24,000 nucleotides of DNA from Streptococcaceae bacterium (GCA_022484805.1 JAKVKP010000028.1:10409-34408); one strand, 5' to 3'. Positions 9,165 to 17,873 are shown, counted from the stretch's first letter. The notes: generated by a model from the letters alone, not told the origin. Numbers and translations: made by a program.

Positions 9165-9200
9165 AAGGTGGTACTAACATAGATGAGAGTAGGAACGAAA

Positions 9201-10697
9201 ATGACTGATAAAAAAGCGTTATTTACGATATTTGGTGCAACTGGCGATTTAGCTAAACGTAAATTATTTCCTTCATTGTTTAATTTATATCAAAAAGGAA
9301 TTATTAATAAAAATTTCGCTGTGATTGGCACAGCAAGACGTGAATGGTCCAAGGCTCATTTTGAGCAGGTGGTAATCGATTCAATTTCTGATATTGATGC
9401 CCCCATTCAATATAAAACACAATTTGCCTCACATTTTTACTACCAAAGCCATGATGTTACAGATCAAGCACATTATGTCACTTTGAAGCAACTATCTGAT
9501 GAATTAACCGATAAATATCAAACGGCTGATAATAAGATATTTTACTTAGCAATGGCACCAAACTTTTTTGGTACAATCGTAACACATTTGAAATCAGAAA
9601 ATATTATAAATAAAAAAGGCTTTGAACGACTAATTATCGAAAAACCCTTTGGTTCTTCTTTAGAAACTGCTCGTCAGCTCAATCAAGAAATCGCAACCTC
9701 TTTTGATGAATCACAAATTTATCGAATTGATCATTATCTGGGTAAGGAAATGATCCAAAATATTTCAGCAGTTCGTTTTGCAAACAAACTGTTTAAAGAA
9801 GTTTGGAATCGCCATTTTATTGATAATATTCAAATCACCTTTGCTGAAAAATTAGGTGTTGAAGATCGTGGTGGCTACTACGAGCATAGTGGTGCCTTAA
9901 AAGATATGGTTCAAAATCATATTTTACAGGTACTATCACTATTAGCAATGGAGCAGCCTGAATCGTATAATGAATCAGCGATCCGTAAAGAAAAAATCAA
10001 GGCATTAAGTGCCATTCAAAACTATCAACCAAATGAAGTGTTAGAAAATTTTGTTCGAGGTCAATATGTTGCAGGTGAAATTGACCATCAAAAATTCATT
10101 AGTTATCGAGATGAAGCCAATGTCAATCCTGAGTCTACTACTGAAACCTTTGTCGCAGGTAAATTTGTAATTAACAATGAACGTTGGCAAGATGTGCCAT
10201 TTTTCTTTAGAACAGGCAAACGACTCACTGAAAAGGGAACGCGAATTAATGTTGTCTTTAAGCCGATTGAACATAATATATTTGGTGGCAGCTTAGAGCA
10301 AAATATTCTAACCATTTATATTCAGCCCACTGAAGGGTTTAGCTTAGCGCTTAATGGCAAGGAAATCGGACAGGGATTTGATATCTCCCCTCTAAAATTA
10401 AGCTATCGTCATGATGCTGAGGTACTTGGAAATTCACCTGAAGCCTACGAAAAATTGATTTTAGACACTTTAAATGGTGACTCAACAAACTTCAGTCATT
10501 GGGAGGAAGTTGAGGCCAGCTGGAAATTAATCGATGTCATTACCAATGTTTGGGAAAATTCGAATCAAGATTTACCAACTTATTCTGCAGGCACAATGGG
10601 ACCTAATGAAAGTTTTGAGCTTTTAAGGAAGCATGATACTCATTGGATTTGGCAACCAGATGTTTGGTATCGCGAACGCGGCTTACTTGAAGATTAA
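9201..10697 (+). CDS. zwf: Glucose-6-phosphate 1-dehydrogenase
   Basis: Motifs 'FGATGDLAKRKL', 'EKPFG' and 'RIDHYLGKE'. I prefer ATG 9201 (SD AGGAA at 9191-9195; MTDKKALFTIFGATGD is a typical N-terminus) over the ORF-track ATG 9183. The extended -10 at 9156-9164 would leave almost no leader for 9183. Confidence 0.9.
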   Translation: MTDKKALFTIFGATGDLAKRKLFPSLFNLYQKGIINKNFAVIGTARREWSKAHFEQVVIDSISDIDAPIQYKTQFASHFYYQSHDVTDQAHYVTLKQLSDELTDKYQTADNKIFYLAMAPNFFGTIVTHLKSENIINKKGFERLIIEKPFGSSLETARQLNQEIATSFDESQIYRIDHYLGKEMIQNISAVRFANKLFKEVWNRHFIDNIQITFAEKLGVEDRGGYYEHSGALKDMVQNHILQVLSLLAMEQPESYNESAIRKEKIKALSAIQNYQPNEVLENFVRGQYVAGEIDHQKFISYRDEANVNPESTTETFVAGKFVINNERWQDVPFFFRTGKRLTEKGTRINVVFKPIEHNIFGGSLEQNILTIYIQPTEGFSLALNGKEIGQGFDISPLKLSYRHDAEVLGNSPEAYEKLILDTLNGDSTNFSHWEEVEASWKLIDVITNVWENSNQDLPTYSAGTMGPNESFELLRKHDTHWIWQPDVWYRERGLLED

Positions 10698-10701
10698 ATT
10701 C

Positions 10702-10744
10702 AAAAAACCGATTATCCTTTTTTTAAGGAATAATCGGTTTTTTT
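10702..10744. terminator. Bidirectional terminator between convergent zwf and the 289-aa ORF
   Basis: A-run, then CCGATTATCC / GGAATAATCGG (one bulge), then a T-run. Lies 5 nt after the zwf stop. Confidence 0.8.
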
Positions 10745-10765
10745 GTATTTAATAAAAAGTCTCAA

Positions 10766-11635
10766 TTAAGCTTTGATTGTCCAGTAGGCAAAAAGCTCGG
10801 ACATGAAATAATCATAGACTTTTTGATGGACTATACCAATTGTGATAAAACGTTCTAGCTGATTCTGATTCACTGTTGACTCTAACTCGATTGCTTGAAG
10901 CTGATCAAGAATTGGTAAATCAAATATATCATTTTGTACATAAGGTAATTTTAAAGCATAGGTATCCTGAGCTACCTGTTCAATCACTTTGAAATCAACA
11001 AGTGCTCTAACAAAGATATCCGTACGTTTTTGTGTAACTTGTTCTTTTTTTAAAAATTTCAATAAAAAAGTAGTCATGTATTTTAAAGCATATTCAGGAT
11101 TAACATCTCCTAAATATTGATTGATATGCTGTTCTGCTTTACTTAAACTCTCCTCATCTTGATGGATGAAATATGAAAATAAATTTAAGTTTTCTTCTGT
11201 TAATTGATTTAAGCTATAAAACACAACCTGATTGGTCTGATTTTTTAATTCATCTAGTCGATAAAGCTTAGGGAATTTTTCTAATAAAATAAACTTGGGC
11301 TGATCAAGTTGAAGCTTTCTAAAATATTGACTAAAGAATAAATAGTCAATTGATTGCATACTGCTTTTAATTAGCGCAAGCTCTTTTTCAACGATTTTTT
11401 CAACTAGACCATTTTGACTAGCAAAAACTAATTCAGAATTAAGATAGTATCGCTTATTTTCTCGTTTAATTAGACCTAAATCAATGTAAGAATCAATTTT
11501 ACGATCAATTTGCTGTACATCAGGATATTTTGCTTTAATCGCTCTAAGGGAAAGAATTGATTGATTTAAAGTATCTAATAAATTTTGTAGAAAAAAATCG
11601 TGCCTTAACTTTTTATCGGTAGTCATTAATTTCAT
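10766..11635 (-). CDS. Uncharacterised conserved-looking protein, 289 aa (possibly DUF1803-like; family assignment not verifiable here)
   Basis: Long ORF with codon usage like its neighbours. ATG 11635 is preceded by SD AAGGAG with 5-nt spacing. The ORF-track extension to 11683 runs over the putative ppaC terminator and has no SD. No catalytic motif recognised. The N-terminal 'LGLIKRENKRYYLN' looks like a winged-helix wing (inference). Confidence 0.6.
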   Translation of the reverse strand: MKLMTTDKKLRHDFFLQNLLDTLNQSILSLRAIKAKYPDVQQIDRKIDSYIDLGLIKRENKRYYLNSELVFASQNGLVEKIVEKELALIKSSMQSIDYLFFSQYFRKLQLDQPKFILLEKFPKLYRLDELKNQTNQVVFYSLNQLTEENLNLFSYFIHQDEESLSKAEQHINQYLGDVNPEYALKYMTTFLLKFLKKEQVTQKRTDIFVRALVDFKVIEQVAQDTYALKLPYVQNDIFDLPILDQLQAIELESTVNQNQLERFITIGIVHQKVYDYFMSELFAYWTIKA

Positions 11636-11658
11636 AATTACTCCTTGAGTACACTGCG

Positions 11659-11684
11659 AAAAAAAGTTGCTCGGCACAAGCAAT
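11659..11684 (-). terminator. Weak terminator-like hairpin after ppaC
   Basis: On the minus strand: ATTGCT-tgtgccg-AGCAAC followed by TTTTTTT. The stem is short (5-6 bp), so read-through is likely. Confidence 0.35.
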
Positions 11685-11757
11685 GAACAGCAGGCTATAT
11701 TAAACCATAGCTTGATATCATTTGAAGCGCCCTAGCAACTCTTAATGGTAAAATTGA

Positions 11758-12693
11758 TTATTGATTAAAACTTTCAGTTAATTGAGGCACAACTTGTTTC
11801 TTGCGTGAAACAGCACCTGCTAAAAAGGCATGATTTTGATTTAGATTAAAGTTAAAGGCTGCTTCAACTTTATCTTGATGATTACCAATAGCCAAGATTT
11901 CTGAATTTGAATTGACAATATCTGTAATCATTAGCACAAAATCTGTCCAGCCATTGACAACGATTGCTTCTTTAATAGCTGTCTCAAGCTCGTCTTGTCG
12001 TGCCAAAACTTCATCAATATCGACTGTATTGACTTGTGCCACTCGCACGTTTTGACCATTTAATTCAAAAGTTTTAGCATCTAAATCAATCAATTCACTT
12101 GCCGATTTAGTCGCTAAATTTGTACCAGCCTTCAAAAGTGCTAAGCCGTAAGTTTCTAAATCAACCTCCGCAATTGCTGCCAACTCCTTAGCTAAAGGAA
12201 TATCGGTTGCATGAGTCGTCGGTGATTTCAATAAAAGCGTATCCGAAATGATTGCCGATAGCATTAATCCTGCTAATTCTTTAGTAATTTCTAAATCTGC
12301 TTCCTTATACATCCGAGCAATAATTGATGAAGCTGAGCCAACAGGTTCTGCTCTAAAAAATAATGGATTTGCAGTTTCAAAATTAGCAATTCGGTGATGG
12401 TCAACAACACCAACAATTGTCAAATCACGGATATCTTCAATTGATTGTTGAAATTCATTGTGGTCGGTAAGGATGACTTCTTTAACGCCTTCGTCACCTG
12501 CACGCTTCACAACTCGTGGTGCTTCAATTTTAAAATAATCTAAGGCAAAAAGGGTTTCTTCATTTAATTCGCCTAAAGCAACAGCTTCGGCATCTGCGCC
12601 AGCAGCTTGTCGTTGCCAATTGGCAAAAGCAATACTTGAAGCAATTGCATCTGTATCAGGATTTTGATGTCCAAAAACTAAAATTTTACTCAA
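11758..12693 (-). CDS. ppaC: Manganese-dependent inorganic pyrophosphatase (family II, DHH)
   Basis: 311 aa. '[19 protein letters not shown]' and the 'DHH' motif in 'VVDHHRI'. TTG start at 12693, with SD AAGGAG six nt upstream. Confidence 0.93.
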   Translation of the reverse strand: MSKILVFGHQNPDTDAIASSIAFANWQRQAAGADAEAVALGELNEETLFALDYFKIEAPRVVKRAGDEGVKEVILTDHNEFQQSIEDIRDLTIVGVVDHHRIANFETANPLFFRAEPVGSASSIIARMYKEADLEITKELAGLMLSAIISDTLLLKSPTTHATDIPLAKELAAIAEVDLETYGLALLKAGTNLATKSASELIDLDAKTFELNGQNVRVAQVNTVDIDEVLARQDELETAIKEAIVVNGWTDFVLMITDIVNSNSEILAIGNHQDKVEAAFNFNLNQNHAFLAGAVSRKKQVVPQLTESFNQ

Positions 12694-12752
12694 TTTATTC
12701 TCCTTTATAAGTTCTATTTTTTATTAATGTATATAAGCTGTGACAATCAAAG

Positions 12753-13472
12753 CTACTCTTCGACATTATGATAGACTTTTTGAACATCTTCATCATCTTC
12801 CAAGGCTTCAATGAGTCCTTCAAATTTTTCTGCATCTTCCCCAGTTAAAACAATTTCACTTTGCGGCACCATCTCAAGCTCAGAAATGGTAAATGATTCT
12901 GTTCCATTAGCCTTCAAAGCATCCATTGCTGTATGTAAATCCTCAGGCTCTGTGTAGACAATAATTTGACCTGCTTCTTCAGTCACATCACGAACATCAA
13001 TATCCGCTTCCATTAATAATTCAAGAATTGAATCAGCATCCTGCTCACCTTGTTCAAAAGCAATCACACCTGTATTATCAAATAAATAGCTAACTGCGCC
13101 AGAAACACCCATGTTACCACCATTTTTACCAAAGGCTGAGCGAACATTGGCCGCAGTTCGATTGACATTTGTTGTTAAAGTATCGACAATAATCATTGAG
13201 CCATTTGGTCCAAATCCTTCATAACGTCCTTCAGTAAAGGTTTCATCTGTACTTCCCTTAGCTTTATCAATCGCTTTATCAATAATATGTCTTGGTACGT
13301 TGGCCTGCTTGGCGCGATCAACAACGAATTTTAATTTTTGATTGGCAGCTGGATCTGGATCTCCTTGCTTAGCAGCCGCATAAATTTCAATTCCAAATTT
13401 AGCATAAACCTTACTATTCGCTCCATCTTTTGCTGTTTTCTTAGCAACAATATTTGCCCACTTACGTCCCAT
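12753..13472 (-). CDS. YebC/PmpR-family protein (DNA-binding regulator / translation-associated factor family)
   Basis: 239 aa. The diagnostic N-terminus '[27 protein letters not shown]' and the overall length fit the family. Confidence 0.88.
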   Translation of the reverse strand: MGRKWANIVAKKTAKDGANSKVYAKFGIEIYAAAKQGDPDPAANQKLKFVVDRAKQANVPRHIIDKAIDKAKGSTDETFTEGRYEGFGPNGSMIIVDTLTTNVNRTAANVRSAFGKNGGNMGVSGAVSYLFDNTGVIAFEQGEQDADSILELLMEADIDVRDVTEEAGQIIVYTEPEDLHTAMDALKANGTESFTISELEMVPQSEIVLTGEDAEKFEGLIEALEDDEDVQKVYHNVEE

Positions 13473-13594
13473 TTCGACACTTCTTTCTATTATTTAGTCT
13501 TTCAAAAATATTACATTCTTTAATATTATACTGATTTTACAAAAAAATGAAAAGGCTATTTCTAATTTACGCTTAAATTTAACCCAATAAAAGC

Positions 13595-14758
13595 TTAATC
13601 ACTGTCAATAATAATTGGTACCCGCCCAAAGCTTTGTGATGATATACCGTCTGCCAGTAACTGATAAATGGAATCGGCTTTCAAATCTAAATTATAAATT
13701 TCTTCAGCTCGCCCAATCTTGGATAATACTGGAAAATTGAATTGATTTTTATGCGTTTTCAAATAGCTTCGCCCACGATTGGAAAAACCTAATATATGAA
13801 TAAAAGGCTGTTTTCTTGATTCCTGCATATCAAAATCAGACACGTTAATTAAAATATAAGTCATTAATCGTGATAAATAAGCATAAGTATATCGCTTTGA
13901 TTTGAGGCTTTCAATTAATTCATTAAGCGAATGAACTGTTGAAATATTTTTTTTAAGCTTGTACTCCAGTCCTTCTTTCATCTGATGAATATTTGCCAAT
14001 TCTTGATAAGAAGCCGATAAAATTCGATACTTTAATAAATTGAAAATTGCTTCTGAAAAAATCAGTTTGCTGTTTTCATAATACTGCCAAATATTTTCAG
14101 GAACAACCTGTTTAATTTCAGAAAATTGTTCATTGAAAGCCATTTCTCGAATCGCCGTCGCACTTGCAAAATTATCAATGCGCTCCAATTGATGGAAATC
14201 AACCTTTTCTCTCAAAATCGGAACTAATTGCATCGGATGCTCAAGCCTTGCATTCGCCTGAGCATAACCCATCGCTAATAGATGATTTGGCGTATTAAAG
14301 CTATAATCGCTTCCAAGAATTTCCTGCCAAATTATAGTCATTTTAGCAGGATAATTCAAGTTATTAGGTAATTCGATAAGTCGTTTATCAATTCTTTTCT
14401 GATGTAACACTGCCAATTGACCAAACGATTGATAGTCAAGCTGTTGGTTATCTGTTCCAAAACAGATTGCCTCACACTTTAAATCCGAAAGTAATTTAAC
14501 AGCACCAGAGGCAAAATAATCAGCCGAAGCCACAGCGCTCGCAAAAGGCAATTCAATCATTAAATCAACGCCATTTTTTAAGGCCATCTCCGCCCGTTGC
14601 CATTTATCAAATATTGCAGGAGTGCCCCTTTGGACAAAATTACCACTCATAACAGCAATCACAACCTGTGCATCTGTTTGCCTTTTAGCCATGCGAATGT
14701 GGTGTAAATGACCATTGTGAAAAGGATTGTATTCAACAATTAAGCCGACTGTCTTCAC
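13595..14758 (-). CDS. tmcAL: tRNA(Met) cytidine acetate ligase (YlbM/TmcAL family nucleotidyltransferase)
   Basis: 'EYNPFHNGH' HxGH motif near the N-terminus; length about 387 aa. GTG 14758 has SD AGGAG (14769-14765) six nt upstream. The ORF-track TTG 14764 abuts the SD and is implausible. Confidence 0.8.
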   Translation of the reverse strand: MKTVGLIVEYNPFHNGHLHHIRMAKRQTDAQVVIAVMSGNFVQRGTPAIFDKWQRAEMALKNGVDLMIELPFASAVASADYFASGAVKLLSDLKCEAICFGTDNQQLDYQSFGQLAVLHQKRIDKRLIELPNNLNYPAKMTIIWQEILGSDYSFNTPNHLLAMGYAQANARLEHPMQLVPILREKVDFHQLERIDNFASATAIREMAFNEQFSEIKQVVPENIWQYYENSKLIFSEAIFNLLKYRILSASYQELANIHQMKEGLEYKLKKNISTVHSLNELIESLKSKRYTYAYLSRLMTYILINVSDFDMQESRKQPFIHILGFSNRGRSYLKTHKNQFNFPVLSKIGRAEEIYNLDLKADSIYQLLADGISSQSFGRVPIIIDSD

Positions 14759-14815
14759 TAGCAACTCCTATTTATATTATTGCAATATTTCATTTGAAAA
14801 AATAAATGAAAATTT

Positions 14816-15553
14816 TTAGTATTTCTTACATACAAAGAAAATTCTTTCACTTGTCGGTTTCGGTACATGATCTTCAAAATCAGCGTATACTTTGACATTC
14901 ATAAAGCCACTTGATTCAAGCATCATTTGATAATAATCAATTTCATAAGTGCGTTCTTGATGAATTTCATCATAGCGATTAAAATGTTCCTCTTCATTTT
15001 TAACAAAAAAGGTTAATTCATGAACAATGCTATGTGATTTTTCTCCTGGATAGCTATCCCATAGAAATGCAAAATCCTCTTCATTTTCATGAAAGCTATA
15101 ATTTGGAAAAACATGATCGATTTTATAAGTTGAATGCACATCAAAAATAAAGACGCCATCGTCTTCCAAAGCATTATAAACTCCATCAAAAACCTGTTGC
15201 ACTTCTTGGGCATTACGCATATAACAAATTGAATCAGAAAAGCAGGTAACAGCCTGAAATTTCTCGCTATCATCTAGATCAAGCATGTCACCAATTACCC
15301 AAGCAACATTAACTGCTTCTTCAACAGCTCGATTATATGCAACCATCAGCATCTCTTCTGATAAATCAAGTCCGGTGACTTGATACCCTTCTTTGGCAAA
15401 CTCACAAGCCAAAGCACCTGTACCACAAGCCAATTCAAGGATTGAATGAGTACCCGCTGGTAGCTTGCTTTTTGTAAAAAGTAACCATTTTTGATAAAGC
15501 GACTCATCCATTACCTCATCATAGACAAAAGCAAACGTTTCATAGGCTTTCAA
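14816..15553 (-). CDS. Class I SAM-dependent methyltransferase (YqeM-like)
   Basis: 245 aa. SAM motif I 'ILELACGTGALA'. The position immediately after rsfS matches the Bacillus yqeL(rsfS)-yqeM order. The TTG start directly abuts the rsfS TAA. Confidence 0.8.
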   Translation of the reverse strand: MKAYETFAFVYDEVMDESLYQKWLLFTKSKLPAGTHSILELACGTGALACEFAKEGYQVTGLDLSEEMLMVAYNRAVEEAVNVAWVIGDMLDLDDSEKFQAVTCFSDSICYMRNAQEVQQVFDGVYNALEDDGVFIFDVHSTYKIDHVFPNYSFHENEEDFAFLWDSYPGEKSHSIVHELTFFVKNEEEHFNRYDEIHQERTYEIDYYQMMLESSGFMNVKVYADFEDHVPKPTSERIFFVCKKY

Positions 15554-15907
15554 TTAACTCACCCATTCATGGATATCAACAAAGGGTGCATCCGACCATA
15601 ACTTTTCAATATTGTAGTGCTCACGTTCTTCTGATGTAAAGACATGAACGACAACATCAATTAGGTCAATTAAAATCCATGAATTGCCTGAGCGACCTTC
15701 AACTCTCGCAACCTTACCTTTGTTTTCTTCCATTTTCTCAATGATTTCGTCGACAATTGCATTTAATTGACGTTCATTGCCTGCCTCAGTAATCACGAAA
15801 TAATCTGTCACCGGACTAATGCCTGCCAAATCAAGTGCCACTGTATCAATTGCCCGCTTTGAATCTGCGGCTTTAATTACGATTTCTAATATTTCTTTGC
15901 TTGTCAA
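15554..15907 (-). CDS. rsfS: Ribosome silencing factor RsfS
   Basis: 117 aa. 'DYFVITEAGNERQLNAI' and 'WILIDLIDVVVHVF..EEREHYNIEKLW' are typical RsfS/iojap signatures. TTG start at 15907, with SD GGAGG seven nt upstream. Confidence 0.9.
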   Translation of the reverse strand: MTSKEILEIVIKAADSKRAIDTVALDLAGISPVTDYFVITEAGNERQLNAIVDEIIEKMEENKGKVARVEGRSGNSWILIDLIDVVVHVFTSEEREHYNIEKLWSDAPFVDIHEWVS

Positions 15908-16006
15908 ATTTTTGCCTCCACTGTCTTTTTTTACGATGACGAATTAAAATCTCTACTGATATCGCTAGGAAAGCAAATCCCTAAGCGGATTAAAAACATC
16001 GCAAAA

Positions 16007-16035
16007 TTTATATTTATTTTAACATAACTTAGCAA
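16007..16035 (-). promoter_or_regulatory. SigA-type promoter for rsfS and the methyltransferase gene
   Basis: The minus strand reads TTGCTA, a 17-nt spacer, then TATAAA. It lies downstream of the yqeK hairpin and about 100 nt upstream of the rsfS TTG. Confidence 0.5.
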
Positions 16036-16073
16036 TAATCACTAATTATGCTGCTACGATTATATTTTTAAAA

Positions 16074-16120
16074 GTAAAAAACATATAAATAGACGTTTTA
16101 AAACGAATTTCATATGTTTA
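16074..16120 (-). terminator. Terminator-like AT-rich hairpin after yqeK
   Basis: On the minus strand: AAACATAT...(inner CGTT-TTAA-AACG)...ATATGTTT followed by TTTTAC. The stem is AT-rich and has internal loops. Confidence 0.4.
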
Positions 16121-16146
16121 TAATTTTTTTTATTAAATCTTCAGCA

Positions 16147-16746
16147 TTACTTGCGACCAGCACAATAATGGTTATAGGTTTCAATTGTTAAAGGATAGAT
16201 GGCAATATTTTTGGCAATTAGGTGTGCTAAGGTATGTGCTGTTTCAAAAGCAACAGCTGCATCTAAGCTTTGATTCGCAATTTCTCTAGCTTCTTGAACA
16301 TCTGGGAAATCACGACCTAATTCAATATAATCTGCCACATAGAGAATCTTATCCAAAAGTGACATTTGTGCATTACCAGTTGTATGGATTTCAATTGCAT
16401 GTAAAATCACTTCATCCGTTAATTCAAGCTGCTCACGAATGATACTGGCGCCAACCATTCCGTGCCAAATATTGTTATTCCAAGTTTTCAAGTCAACATT
16501 TAACCGAAAATCATCAATTGCCTGAAGAAAGACGTCAGCAGGCATTTCCTTACAATAATCATGCAATAGTCCAGCAATACTCGCGCGTTCAATACAACCA
16601 CCATACTGTTCAGCAAGTTCAATTGCCGACTGCTCCACGCCTAAAATATGTCTAAAACGCTTTTTTGATACTTGCTTTTTCACCATCTCAATTAATTCAG
16701 CTCTTGTATAGGGTAGTAAATTTAATCGATATTCCAAACTATTCAT
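16147..16746 (-). CDS. yqeK: HD-domain bis(5'-nucleosyl)-tetraphosphatase YqeK
   Basis: 199 aa. HD motif 'LLHDYCKE' plus 'IEIHTTG'. Eight-nt overlap with the nadD 3' end; conserved nadD-yqeK pairing. Confidence 0.88.
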   Translation of the reverse strand: MNSLEYRLNLLPYTRAELIEMVKKQVSKKRFRHILGVEQSAIELAEQYGGCIERASIAGLLHDYCKEMPADVFLQAIDDFRLNVDLKTWNNNIWHGMVGASIIREQLELTDEVILHAIEIHTTGNAQMSLLDKILYVADYIELGRDFPDVQEAREIANQSLDAAVAFETAHTLAHLIAKNIAIYPLTIETYNHYCAGRK

Positions 16747-17371
16747 TAATATACAGTCCTTGTCGATAGATATAATCTAATACTTTTGGTGGTACTAAAA
16801 AATTGGGTTCATTACCGCAGCGGATTAATTGGCGAATTTTCTTTGAAGAAATATCCATTTTTGGAATATCAACCCAAATTACTGGATAGCTTGTACCACT
16901 CTTATAGCCGGGTCGCTGAACACCAACAAATTGGACCATTTCAACCAACTGATCAATGTTGCGCCATTTTGGTAAATAAGCCACCATATCTCCACCGATA
17001 ATAAAGTAGTAATCAATATCTGGATTTTGATTAGTTAAATCCTTCATCGTATCATAGGTATAGCTTTTTCCCGCCCTTGAAAGTTCAATCGTTTCTAAGG
17101 CCAATCCTGGATGATTTTCAATTGCTAGCTCAACCATTTTAGCACGATGATGACCTGGTATTGTCTGCTTTTCATCTACATGAGGTGGCAGGTACTCAGG
17201 CATCAACAAAACCTCGTCTAAGCCCAATTGCTGCTTCACTTGATCTGCGACAATTAAATGTGCTTGGTGAATTGGGTTAAAATTTCCGCCCAAAATACCA
17301 ACCTGCTTCCGATTTAAATTGCCAGTCATTACCTCAATTTCAACCTTTGTGAATGGCGTTAAAAGTTCCAT
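16739..17371 (-). CDS. nadD: Nicotinate-nucleotide adenylyltransferase
   Basis: 'GGNFNPIHQAHL' (HxGH-type) and 'ISSKKIRQ' motifs. ATG 17371 is preceded by SD AAGGAG five nt upstream. The ORF-track start at 17395 has no SD. Confidence 0.9.
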   Translation of the reverse strand: MELLTPFTKVEIEVMTGNLNRKQVGILGGNFNPIHQAHLIVADQVKQQLGLDEVLLMPEYLPPHVDEKQTIPGHHRAKMVELAIENHPGLALETIELSRAGKSYTYDTMKDLTNQNPDIDYYFIIGGDMVAYLPKWRNIDQLVEMVQFVGVQRPGYKSGTSYPVIWVDIPKMDISSKKIRQLIRCGNEPNFLVPPKVLDYIYRQGLYINE

Positions 17372-17407
17372 ATTAGCTCCTTCTACAATAACCAAAAAAT
17401 TTAAATA

Positions 17408-17722
17408 TTATTTAATTTGATTTAATTCGTTCGTGATTTTACGATTTTCTTTTTTATCTGATTTCTTATAAGCTACGATAATTTTCCCGATTTTTTGTAC
17501 AACAGTCAAACTAAGCTGCACTTCTAGGATTTCAGCAACCTCGTCAATATCCTCATCAGTATTTTGTAGTAAAACAATTTTAATTAATTCACGCGCATCC
17601 AAGGCTTGACGGATATTTGTTTTAATTTCATTATTTAGACCATTTTTCCCAATTTGAACAATTGGATTCAAATGGTGTGCTTGACTTTTAAGATATTTTT
17701 TTTGTTTACTAGTTAATGACAT
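17408..17722 (-). CDS. yhbY: YhbY/CRM-domain ribosome-assembly RNA-binding protein (YqeI)
   Basis: 'KQKKYLKSQAHHLNPIVQIGKNGL' is the YhbY signature. ATG 17722 has SD GGAG (17732-17729) six nt upstream. The ORF-track TTG 17734 overlaps that SD. Confidence 0.88.
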   Translation of the reverse strand: MSLTSKQKKYLKSQAHHLNPIVQIGKNGLNNEIKTNIRQALDARELIKIVLLQNTDEDIDEVAEILEVQLSLTVVQKIGKIIVAYKKSDKKENRKITNELNQIK

Positions 17723-17752
17723 TTTAGTCTCCAATTCATTTTTTTACTCTGT

Positions 17753-17796
17753 CATATTCTAACATAATTATTTATTTTTAACTATGCTAGAATATG
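17753..17796. promoter_or_regulatory. yhbY promoter region: 14-bp-arm inverted repeat with an extended -10 element in each arm
   Basis: CATATTCTAACATA (17753-17766) and TATGCTAGAATATG (17783-17796) are complementary at 13 of 14 positions, with a 16-nt spacer. The minus strand reads TGTTAGAAT, with the hexamer ending 33 nt (17755-17723) upstream of the yhbY ATG. The plus strand reads TGCTAGAAT. Confidence 0.45.
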
Positions 17797-17822
17797 AATC
17801 CTCAATCCGCTAATTATTTTAC

Positions 17823-17854
17823 AAAAAAATAGCACGCCTTACATCAAGGGTGCC
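17823..17854 (-). terminator. Rho-independent terminator after the tautomerase gene
   Basis: On the minus strand: GGCACCC-ttgatgtaa-GGCGTGC (6 bp plus one bulge) followed by TATTTTTTTG. Confidence 0.6.
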
Positions 17855-17873
17855 ATTGATTTAAATATCTGAA

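Noticed and set aside
14788-14811. A perfect 8-bp AT-only hairpin, TTTCATTT-N8-AAATGAAA, between the methyltransferase gene and tmcAL, considered as a terminator or attenuator.
   Set aside because: The stem has no G:C pairs and no 3' U-tract on the minus strand, so termination is unlikely. It is probably incidental in AT-rich spacer DNA.
16060-16113. A 17-aa hydrophobic minus-strand ORF (MKFVLKRLFICFLLLKI) in the yqeK-rsfS spacer, superficially like a type I toxin or leader peptide.
   Set aside because: No SD precedes the ATG, it is very short, and it coincides with the AT-rich hairpin and U-tract that better explain the sequence.
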